A stretch of DNA of 48,964 nucleotides from an uncultured Prevotella sp. (GTDB lineage Bacteria > Bacteroidota > Bacteroidia > Bacteroidales > Bacteroidaceae), in the NCBI GenBank assembly GCA_900769055.1, contig CAAGFF010000140.1:1-48964 (forward strand), in the 5' to 3' direction. The position numbers and the translations under genes are program-made. Below the pieces are notes generated by a model. It did no database searches. It was not told the origin of the DNA and saw only the letters and a program-made list of their open reading frames with translations. This document shows, piece after piece, positions 18,630 to 26,405 of the stretch; position 1 is the first letter of the stretch; every line of letters starts with the position of its first letter.

Positions 18630-19083
18630 CGGGCGACTCCTTCCACATTCTGAATGCTTCCTGAGCCTCTTTGGGCAGGAGCGTCTCCATTTGTTTCGAG
18701 CGGTCGGCGGGATTTAGTGCCAGCTCATGGTAAATGAAGTCGTCATCAAACCCTATTGCCGCGGCATCCTTGCGGTTGTTGCCGTAGAATATCCTGTCGA
18801 GGCGTGCCCAATAAATGGCACCAAGACACATGGGACAGGGCTCGCACGAGGTGTAGATGTCGTACCCGGCGAGGTTGAATGATGCAAGTTTGGCGGCTGC
18901 CTTCCTGATACAGTTCACCTCGGCGTGTGCCGTCGGGTCATGGTCGATGGTTACGGAGTTGGAAGCCTCGGCAATGATTTCTCCGTCCTTGGATGCTATG
19001 ACGGCTCCAAAGGGACCGCCACCGGAGCGTACGCTTTCCTTGCTTAAGGCTATGGCTCTACGCATAAGTTGTTCTTTGTCCAT
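18613..19083 (-). CDS. guaD: Nucleoside deaminase, GuaD-type guanine deaminase
   Basis: GGPFGAVI, DPTAHAEV, SCEPCPMCLGAIYWAR, IGFDDDFIY. Confidence 0.85.
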   Translation of the reverse strand: MDKEQLMRRAIALSKESVRSGGGPFGAVIASKDGEIIAEASNSVTIDHDPTAHAEVNCIRKAAAKLASFNLAGYDIYTSCEPCPMCLGAIYWARLDRIFYGNNRKDAAAIGFDDDFIYHELALNPADRSKQMETLLPKEAQEAFRMWKESPVKTEY

Positions 19084-19181
19084 AATATCTGATTATTATA
19101 TATCCTTTGTTGTGGTTACAAAAATAATGAAAAGATGGCAAACTTCTCGGCCTTCTTTGAATTCTTTAACGTGATTTATCT

Positions 19182-22100
19182 ATGTCACACAAAGTACGAA
19201 GATATACCACTTCTGACGAGTTGTTCCGAAGAGTCTCGGCAATACTTGATGCCGCTTCTTCCGACAGGACAGCTGCATACAGGATGATGCATGAGGCTTT
19301 GCTGCTGGTGTGCCAGGAGGGCACGGCTGGCAGCGGACAGTCTTTCGGCAACCTGTTCTCGCAGGTAGACTATCTGTGCCGTAAGCTGTCAGTCCAGCGA
19401 GCCGATGCCGCAGCCATACAGCGTATGCGCCGCAATACCAATCATCCTTCGGAAGCTGCTGTCATAGGCGATGACTGCCGTGCCCTTTCTGTGCTTATTT
19501 CCGCAGTCTTTGGCGATGCCATACCGGCATTTCTCACTCCACGTTTACCACGAGTGTATAGCCACGTGAAGGCTGTTGCGGCTATAGACTATCGCAAGCT
19601 CCGGTGTGTCGTTGCCAGCATCGATGGCTATACCATGACAGCCAAGGCTGATACTGACGGTGATGACATTGTGCTGAAGGTCGATTTCGGCAACGAGCAG
19701 CAGCAATATCTTGCCAAGATACTTGCCTGCGGCACTCAGGTGAACCTCATCGGGGTGAGAAAGGGCGAGGGCGATATGCACACAGCCGACTACATCATCG
19801 TAGAGCCTGACTATCTGCTTGACATCAGTACCATTGCCCGCTGTTTTACCGACTATGGGCACAGTCCGCTTGCTTATCTTCTTGGCCGCATGACGCCCGT
19901 TGCCAACAGCCAGGCCATATTGCTGGGAAATTTTGCAGGTGCTCTGCTCGATGATGCCGTATGTGGGAATGCCGGGTGTGACTGGAGGGCAACACTCTGG
20001 AACAACGTCAGGGAAAAGGCACTTGAGTATGCCTCATGCCGTGACCTTAATGCCAAGGAACAGTTTGCTGTGGCAGCTTCACGCCAGGCTGGCAATATTG
20101 TGCAGGTAGCCAACCTGCTGTTTGGAGAAGATGGACAGTTTGACCGTGACAAGGCTATGCTTGAGCCGTCGTTTGTGTGCGAGGCGTTGGGCATACAGGG
20201 TAGGGTAGACCTCATGACAACCGATTTCCGCCTGCTTGTGGAGCAGAAGTCAGGAGCCAACTGGAACATACAAAGACAGACACCAAACAGCTATGGCAGC
20301 TACCAGAAAGAAGACCACTATGTGCAGGTGCTCCTTTACTATGGCGTGCTCAGGCATAACTTCAATCTTCCAGCCGACAAGACCGACATACGCCTGCTCT
20401 ATTCCAAGTACCCGCTTCCCGGAGGACTGGTCGTTGTCAGCTTTTACAAACGACTGTTCGCCGAGGCTCTGAAGTTCCGCAACAGGGCCGTAGCTCTTGA
20501 CTTTATAGTTGCAAGACAGGGCTTCCAGGCTGTGATGCCATTGCTGAAGACGGCCAATCTTAACGAGAAAGGCGTCGCGGACAAGCTGTGGACAAACTAT
20601 GTAAGGCCGCAATTAGAGAGCGTCATCCTTCCCGTTACCTGCTTGGAGGGTGCCGACAGGGAATATTTCTGTCGTATGATGACCTTCGTCTTCCGTGAGC
20701 AGCTATACAACAAGACTGGAACCTTGGGACAGGGAAACAGCATGGCCGACCTGTGGAACATGCCGTTAGAGGAGAAGGTGGAGACAGGCAACATATTCTG
20801 CGGACTGACCCTCTGTGGCATGGAACGCTCGGACGAGGGCCGGGGGTATGACAAACTCACGCTCTCCGTTCCCGACAGCTCGGACACCTTCATCCCCAAC
20901 TTCCGTCAGGGCGACATGGTCTATCTCTATGCCTACCGCGGCAAGCCTGATGTGAGGCAAGCCATACTTTTCAAGGGTACGCTGGCTGAGATGCGGACAG
21001 GAACCATCGTCGTGTGCCTGAGCAACGGTCAGCATAACGCCGACAATTTCATGGTCTGCCCACCATCGCCCGACAATAGCGGTACCGATGCCGGGAGTCC
21101 TCTGAGATATGCCGTGGAACACTGCGGCAGCGACAGTTCGGCAACAGCTGCCGTGCGTAGCCTTCATAAGTTTGCAGCAACGGCGCAGGTCAACCGTGAC
21201 CTGCTCATGGGGCGGAGGGAACCTCGCCGCAACGCTGAAAGGTGCCTTACGAAATCATATAATCCATCCTACGATGATATAGTTCTGAAGGCAAAGCAGG
21301 CCGATGACTACTTCCTGCTGGTGGGACCGCCTGGCACGGGCAAGACATCAATGGCACTGAGATTTCTCGTTGCAGAGGAACTGGCCTCGCCCTGTGCGTC
21401 CTTGCTGCTGACGGCATACACCAACAGAGCTGTCGACGAGATATGTGGCATGCTTGCCGACAACGGCTATGATTTCCTGCGCATAGGCAATGAGTATACT
21501 TGTGATGCACGGTTTCGCAACCGCCTGCTGTCGAAAAGATTTGCAGGCCGGGAAAATCTCGATGATATCCGCCATACCATCAGCGAGGCACGCATCATTG
21601 TCGGAACTACCAGCACTCTTGCCTCCCGTTCCTACCTGTTTGACATAAAGACGTTCTCGCTCGTCATTGTCGATGAGGCCAGTCAGATTCTGGAACCCGA
21701 CATCATTGGGCTCCTATGCTCGGCGCGACGGCCATTTGGCACCGCCACACAGCAGCCTATGTCGAAGTTTATACTTATTGGTGACTACAAACAGCTGCCT
21801 GCGGTGGTAAGGCAGGATGCGTCAGAGTCGGTCATTGAGAGTGGACTGCTTGCTGAGACTGGTCTTCGGGACTGCCGTGAGTCGCTTTTCGAGAGGCTCA
21901 TACGCAACGAACACCGCCATCAGCGTAGCCACTTCGTGGGCACGCTAAACAAATATGGCCGCATGCACCCCGACATAGCGCAGTTTCCCAACAGCTGCTT
22001 CTACCGCAACGAGCACCTTACGCCCGTGCCGCTGCCTCACCAGACAGAACCGTCGCCGTCGCCAAGGGTAGTGTTCATATCTTCTGCAGATGAGTCACCG

Positions 22101-22559
22101 CAGGATTTTTCCGAGGCTACGTCGTCGGAGAAGGTGAATGTTGCTGAGGCACGCATCGTAGCACGCCTGTTGGCAAAGACCTACAGGGAGTATGGCAGCA
22201 GGTTCCGTGCGGAGACAACCATTGGAGTCATCGTGCCCTACCGCAACCAGATTGCCATGATACGCCGCGAGGCTGAGGCCTACGGAATTACGCAGCTTGC
22301 CGATGTGTGCATAGATACCGTTGAGCGATACCAGGGGTCGCAGCGTGATGTGATAATCTATTCTACCACCGTGCGGCATCTCAGCCAGCTCGACTTCCTC
22401 ACGGCCAACAGCTTCGAGGAGGATGGCCAGATTATTGACCGCAAGCTGAATGTGGCTCTCACTCGGGCGCGCAAGCAACTATATATAGTCGGTGATGAGA
22501 ATATACTGCGCCACGACGGTCTGTATGCAGCGCTTATTGACAGTGGCAGCAAAGAGTAA
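19182..22559 (+). CDS. Dna2-like SF1 helicase with a PD-(D/E)XK (RecB-type) nuclease domain
   Basis: Nuclease: EPSF..GIQGRVDL..EQKSG and HYVQVLLY. Helicase: GPPGTGKT, AYTNRAVD, IVDEASQ, IGDYKQLP, RMHP, PYRNQ, DTVERYQGSQRD, LNVALTRAR. Confidence 0.88.
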   Translation: MSHKVRRYTTSDELFRRVSAILDAASSDRTAAYRMMHEALLLVCQEGTAGSGQSFGNLFSQVDYLCRKLSVQRADAAAIQRMRRNTNHPSEAAVIGDDCRALSVLISAVFGDAIPAFLTPRLPRVYSHVKAVAAIDYRKLRCVVASIDGYTMTAKADTDGDDIVLKVDFGNEQQQYLAKILACGTQVNLIGVRKGEGDMHTADYIIVEPDYLLDISTIARCFTDYGHSPLAYLLGRMTPVANSQAILLGNFAGALLDDAVCGNAGCDWRATLWNNVREKALEYASCRDLNAKEQFAVAASRQAGNIVQVANLLFGEDGQFDRDKAMLEPSFVCEALGIQGRVDLMTTDFRLLVEQKSGANWNIQRQTPNSYGSYQKEDHYVQVLLYYGVLRHNFNLPADKTDIRLLYSKYPLPGGLVVVSFYKRLFAEALKFRNRAVALDFIVARQGFQAVMPLLKTANLNEKGVADKLWTNYVRPQLESVILPVTCLEGADREYFCRMMTFVFREQLYNKTGTLGQGNSMADLWNMPLEEKVETGNIFCGLTLCGMERSDEGRGYDKLTLSVPDSSDTFIPNFRQGDMVYLYAYRGKPDVRQAILFKGTLAEMRTGTIVVCLSNGQHNADNFMVCPPSPDNSGTDAGSPLRYAVEHCGSDSSATAAVRSLHKFAATAQVNRDLLMGRREPRRNAERCLTKSYNPSYDDIVLKAKQADDYFLLVGPPGTGKTSMALRFLVAEELASPCASLLLTAYTNRAVDEICGMLADNGYDFLRIGNEYTCDARFRNRLLSKRFAGRENLDDIRHTISEARIIVGTTSTLASRSYLFDIKTFSLVIVDEASQILEPDIIGLLCSARRPFGTATQQPMSKFILIGDYKQLPAVVRQDASESVIESGLLAETGLRDCRESLFERLIRNEHRHQRSHFVGTLNKYGRMHPDIAQFPNSCFYRNEHLTPVPLPHQTEPSPSPRVVFISSADESPQDFSEATSSEKVNVAEARIVARLLAKTYREYGSRFRAETTIGVIVPYRNQIAMIRREAEAYGITQLADVCIDTVERYQGSQRDVIIYSTTVRHLSQLDFLTANSFEEDGQIIDRKLNVALTRARKQLYIVGDENILRHDGLYAALIDSGSKE

Positions 22560-22594
22560 ATAAATAAAATCTATAATCAGATAGACAAATTCTG

Positions 22595-22626
22595 TTTGCA
22601 TGCTGTTTATTTATGTGCTATCTTTG
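22595..22626 (+). promoter_or_regulatory. Bacteroidetes sigma-A promoter for the queD-like gene
   Basis: TTTG (22595-22598), 20 nt, TATCTTTG (22619-22626). Confidence 0.75.
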
Positions 22627-22730
22627 CAATGTCGGAAAACGAGAAAGGGATATCGAACCCTTCTAACCCATCGTTTCCCCGAATCACCGAAAACTAAACA
22701 TTAACTAAAAACAATAGGAGGTTTTATATT

Positions 22731-23294
22731 ATGAGAAGTATCACAACATTCGATTTGCAGTATGCACACAGGTTCTACGGCTTCCAGGGCGAGGCTCAGT
22801 ATCTTCATGGCCATACAGGCACTCTGACCATTGAGGTCGAGGATAGTGTTAATGAGGGAGTGAACATGGTTTACCCATGCAATGAAATACAGAAGGTAGC
22901 ATGGGACGTTCTGAAGAACTTCGACCATGCCCTTGTGCTCAGGGAGGACGACCCGCTGTTGCCTGCCGTGCTGGACGTTTACGAGAAGCAGGGCATCAAG
23001 GACGGCCATCCACGCAACACTATGAAGGGTGAGGCGTTCAAGACCGAGTTGGCTACAGCCTATCCCGACTGCCGCCTTGTTGTCACCAAGGAGACGATGA
23101 CCGTTGAGGGAATGATAAAGATTGTATACGACCTGCTCAAGGACAAGCTGAACATTGCCAAGCTTACCTTCACAAGCGGTGTCAATGCGGCCTCGGCAGA
23201 GTTTGCTGACAGAAAGCAGATTGACAGGTGCCCGCTCTGCGGAATAGCCCTTGATGAGAACGGCGTTTGCCCGAAGTGCGGCTATCGTAAGTAA
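22731..23294 (+). CDS. queD: 6-pyruvoyl/6-carboxy-tetrahydropterin synthase family (QueD-like) with C-terminal zinc ribbon
   Basis: YAHRF, YLHGHT, FDHALVL, TVEGM; C-terminal CPLC-x9-CPKC; canonical active-site Cys absent, so the symbol is family-level only. Confidence 0.75.
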   Translation: MRSITTFDLQYAHRFYGFQGEAQYLHGHTGTLTIEVEDSVNEGVNMVYPCNEIQKVAWDVLKNFDHALVLREDDPLLPAVLDVYEKQGIKDGHPRNTMKGEAFKTELATAYPDCRLVVTKETMTVEGMIKIVYDLLKDKLNIAKLTFTSGVNAASAEFADRKQIDRCPLCGIALDENGVCPKCGYRK

Positions 23295-23363
23295 AATGCC
23301 CCTCGGCACGGCTACAAGGTATGCACCCCAATTAGTAGCTTAAGTCGTAATTGTGCCGAAAAA

Positions 23364-23395
23364 TTTGGCCGTTCGAAAAATAATGCCTATCTTTG
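23364..23395 (+). promoter_or_regulatory. Bacteroidetes sigma-A promoter for greA-HIT
   Basis: TTTG (23364-23367), 20 nt, TATCTTTG (23388-23395). Confidence 0.75.
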
Positions 23396-23425
23396 CACCA
23401 GAGATTGATAGGAGAAACAGGAAAC

Positions 23426-23472
23426 AGAATTCCGACATTGTGACGAAAATGTCGGAATTCTCGTTTTTATGT
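23426..23472 (+). terminator. Terminator-like hairpin in the greA 5' leader (candidate attenuator)
   Basis: Perfect 14-bp stem AGAATTCCGACATT / AATGTCGGAATTCT, 8-nt loop, followed by CGTTTTTATGTT; lies between the promoter and the ATG. Confidence 0.7.
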
Positions 23473-23514
23473 TCTCATTGTATTAACAAGAAAACCTAAA
23501 AATACTTTTCGATT

Positions 23515-23982
23515 ATGGCTTACATGTCACAAGAAGGCTACGACAAACTCGTGGCAGATCTCAAACAACTCGAATCTGTGGAGCGCCCAAAGGCTTCAGC
23601 AGCTATAGCAGAAGCGCGAGACAAGGGTGACCTGAGTGAAAATGCGGAATATGATGCAGCTCGGGAGGCACAGGCACATCTCGAGGATAAGATTAACAAG
23701 CTTAAGCTTGCCATTGCGGATGCAAAAATCGTTGATGTAACAAGACTCAGCGCAGACGCCGTACAGATTATGTCCAAGGTGGAGATGACCAATCTTGCCA
23801 CTCAGGCAAAGATGACATACACCATCGTCAGTGAGAGCGAGGCAAACCTCAGGGAGGGAAAAATTTCTATTCAGACACCTATTGCTCAGGGACTGCTCAA
23901 CAAGAGGGTTGGCGATGAGGTCGAGATAAAAATTCCACGCGGCACCATCAAGCTGCGCATAGACAGCATCTCCATTGCTTAG
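23515..23982 (+). CDS. greA: Transcription elongation factor GreA
   Basis: AIAEARDKGDLSENAEYDAAREAQ, KISIQTPIAQGLL. Confidence 0.97.
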   Translation: MAYMSQEGYDKLVADLKQLESVERPKASAAIAEARDKGDLSENAEYDAAREAQAHLEDKINKLKLAIADAKIVDVTRLSADAVQIMSKVEMTNLATQAKMTYTIVSESEANLREGKISIQTPIAQGLLNKRVGDEVEIKIPRGTIKLRIDSISIA

Positions 23983-24050
23983 GCTTCTTAAGGCTTAAGG
24001 CTGTGTTACGGCCGTAGGAAAACCGCAAACAACAAAACACACATACAATT

Positions 24051-24440
24051 ATGACAATTTTCTCAAAGATAGTAGCAGGCGAGATACCAAGCTACAAATG
24101 TGCCGAGAGCGACCGCTTCTATGCGTTCCTCGACATTAGTCCCCTTGCCAAGGGACATACACTGGTTATCCCTAAAAGGGAGGTTGACTACATCTTCGAC
24201 ATGGAGGACGACGAGATCGCTGAGTTCCAAGTCTTCGCCAAGCGTGTAGCTGTGGCTCTGAAGAAGGCGTTCCCGTGCCGCAAGGTGGCGCAGGTGGTGT
24301 TGGGGCTTGAGGTCCCTCATGCACACATACACCTCATTCCCATGCAGAGCGAGGCTGATGTCGACTTCCGCAAAGAGCATCTGAAACTGGAACCGGAGGA
24401 GATGAAAGCCATTGCAGACCGCATCCTCGCCGAATTCTAA
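24051..24440 (+). CDS. HIT family nucleotide hydrolase
   Basis: TIFSKIVAGEIP, AFLDISP, GHTLVIPK, histidine triad VPHAHIHLIP. Confidence 0.93.
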   Translation: MTIFSKIVAGEIPSYKCAESDRFYAFLDISPLAKGHTLVIPKREVDYIFDMEDDEIAEFQVFAKRVAVALKKAFPCRKVAQVVLGLEVPHAHIHLIPMQSEADVDFRKEHLKLEPEEMKAIADRILAEF

Positions 24441-24524
24441 CATATTCAATTTTCGTAAGTAGTAAGAAGGAGATAAATGAAGCTTCATTTATCTCCTTCT
24501 TACTACTTACGAAAATTGAATATG

Positions 24525-24914
24525 TTAGAATTCGGCGAGGATGCGGTCTGCAATGGCTTTCATCTCCTCCGGTTCCAGTTTCAGATGCTCTTTGCGGAAG
24601 TCGACATCAGCCTCGCTCTGCATGGGAATGAGGTGTATGTGTGCATGAGGGACCTCAAGCCCCAACACCACCTGCGCCACCTTGCGGCACGGGAACGCCT
24701 TCTTCAGAGCCACAGCTACACGCTTGGCGAAGACTTGGAACTCAGCGATCTCGTCGTCCTCCATGTCGAAGATGTAGTCAACCTCCCTTTTAGGGATAAC
24801 CAGTGTATGTCCCTTGGCAAGGGGACTAATGTCGAGGAACGCATAGAAGCGGTCGCTCTCGGCACATTTGTAGCTTGGTATCTCGCCTGCTACTATCTTT
24901 GAGAAAATTGTCAT
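24525..24914 (-). CDS. HIT family protein (mirror copy)
   Basis: Identical to 24051-24440. Confidence 0.9.
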   Translation of the reverse strand: MTIFSKIVAGEIPSYKCAESDRFYAFLDISPLAKGHTLVIPKREVDYIFDMEDDEIAEFQVFAKRVAVALKKAFPCRKVAQVVLGLEVPHAHIHLIPMQSEADVDFRKEHLKLEPEEMKAIADRILAEF

Positions 24915-24982
24915 AATTGTATGTGTGTTTTGTTGTTTGCGGTTTTCCTACGGCCGTAACACAGCCTTAAGCCTTAAGAAGC

Positions 24983-25450
24983 CTAAGCAATGGAGATGCT
25001 GTCTATGCGCAGCTTGATGGTGCCGCGTGGAATTTTTATCTCGACCTCATCGCCAACCCTCTTGTTGAGCAGTCCCTGAGCAATAGGTGTCTGAATAGAA
25101 ATTTTTCCCTCCCTGAGGTTTGCCTCGCTCTCACTGACGATGGTGTATGTCATCTTTGCCTGAGTGGCAAGATTGGTCATCTCCACCTTGGACATAATCT
25201 GTACGGCGTCTGCGCTGAGTCTTGTTACATCAACGATTTTTGCATCCGCAATGGCAAGCTTAAGCTTGTTAATCTTATCCTCGAGATGTGCCTGTGCCTC
25301 CCGAGCTGCATCATATTCCGCATTTTCACTCAGGTCACCCTTGTCTCGCGCTTCTGCTATAGCTGCTGAAGCCTTTGGGCGCTCCACAGATTCGAGTTGT
25401 TTGAGATCTGCCACGAGTTTGTCGTAGCCTTCTTGTGACATGTAAGCCAT
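24983..25450 (-). CDS. greA: Transcription elongation factor GreA (mirror copy)
   Basis: Identical to 23515-23982. Confidence 0.95.
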   Translation of the reverse strand: MAYMSQEGYDKLVADLKQLESVERPKASAAIAEARDKGDLSENAEYDAAREAQAHLEDKINKLKLAIADAKIVDVTRLSADAVQIMSKVEMTNLATQAKMTYTIVSESEANLREGKISIQTPIAQGLLNKRVGDEVEIKIPRGTIKLRIDSISIA

Positions 25451-25492
25451 AATCGAAAAGTATTTTTAGGTTTTCTTGTTAATACAATGAGA

Positions 25493-25539
25493 ACATAAAA
25501 ACGAGAATTCCGACATTTTCGTCACAATGTCGGAATTCT
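25493..25539 (-). terminator. greA leader hairpin (mirror copy)
   Basis: Reverse complement of 23426-23472. Confidence 0.65.
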
Positions 25540-25670
25540 GTTTCCTGTTTCTCCTATCAATCTCTGGTGCAAAGATAGGCATTATTTTTCGAACGGCCAA
25601 ATTTTTCGGCACAATTACGACTTAAGCTACTAATTGGGGTGCATACCTTGTAGCCGTGCCGAGGGGCATT

Positions 25671-26234
25671 TTACTTACGATAGCCGCACTTCGGGCAAAC
25701 GCCGTTCTCATCAAGGGCTATTCCGCAGAGCGGGCACCTGTCAATCTGCTTTCTGTCAGCAAACTCTGCCGAGGCCGCATTGACACCGCTTGTGAAGGTA
25801 AGCTTGGCAATGTTCAGCTTGTCCTTGAGCAGGTCGTATACAATCTTTATCATTCCCTCAACGGTCATCGTCTCCTTGGTGACAACAAGGCGGCAGTCGG
25901 GATAGGCTGTAGCCAACTCGGTCTTGAACGCCTCACCCTTCATAGTGTTGCGTGGATGGCCGTCCTTGATGCCCTGCTTCTCGTAAACGTCCAGCACGGC
26001 AGGCAACAGCGGGTCGTCCTCCCTGAGCACAAGGGCATGGTCGAAGTTCTTCAGAACGTCCCATGCTACCTTCTGTATTTCATTGCATGGGTAAACCATG
26101 TTCACTCCCTCATTAACACTATCCTCGACCTCAATGGTCAGAGTGCCTGTATGGCCATGAAGATACTGAGCCTCGCCCTGGAAGCCGTAGAACCTGTGTG
26201 CATACTGCAAATCGAATGTTGTGATACTTCTCAT
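25671..26234 (-). CDS. queD: QueD/PTPS-family protein with zinc ribbon (mirror copy)
   Basis: Identical to 22731-23294. Confidence 0.75.
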   Translation of the reverse strand: MRSITTFDLQYAHRFYGFQGEAQYLHGHTGTLTIEVEDSVNEGVNMVYPCNEIQKVAWDVLKNFDHALVLREDDPLLPAVLDVYEKQGIKDGHPRNTMKGEAFKTELATAYPDCRLVVTKETMTVEGMIKIVYDLLKDKLNIAKLTFTSGVNAASAEFADRKQIDRCPLCGIALDENGVCPKCGYRK

Positions 26235-26405
26235 AATATAAAACCTCCTATTGTTTTTAGTTAATGTTTAGTTTTCGGTGATTCGGGGAAACGATGGGTT
26301 AGAAGGGTTCGATATCCCTTTCTCGTTTTCCGACATTGCAAAGATAGCACATAAATAAACAGCATGCAAACAGAATTTGTCTATCTGATTATAGATTTTA
26401 TTTAT

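Noticed and set aside
24462..24479. Vector contamination (resembles the T7 gene 10 RBS AAGAAGGAGATATACAT)
   Set aside because: The match is short and diverges before the ATG; no other vector sequence is present.
24455..24510. Protelomerase hairpin-telomere site (TAGTA near the axis recalls Borrelia telomere box 3)
   Set aside because: A 5-mer match is expected by chance, its spacing from the axis differs from what I recall for Borrelia, there is no resolvase gene in the window, and the axis interrupts a gene start.
24477..24902. 141-aa ORF (and mirror 24063-24488) crossing the axis
   Set aside because: Only the first codons can be genuine; the rest is the mirrored spacer and the antisense of the HIT gene, created by the fold-back.
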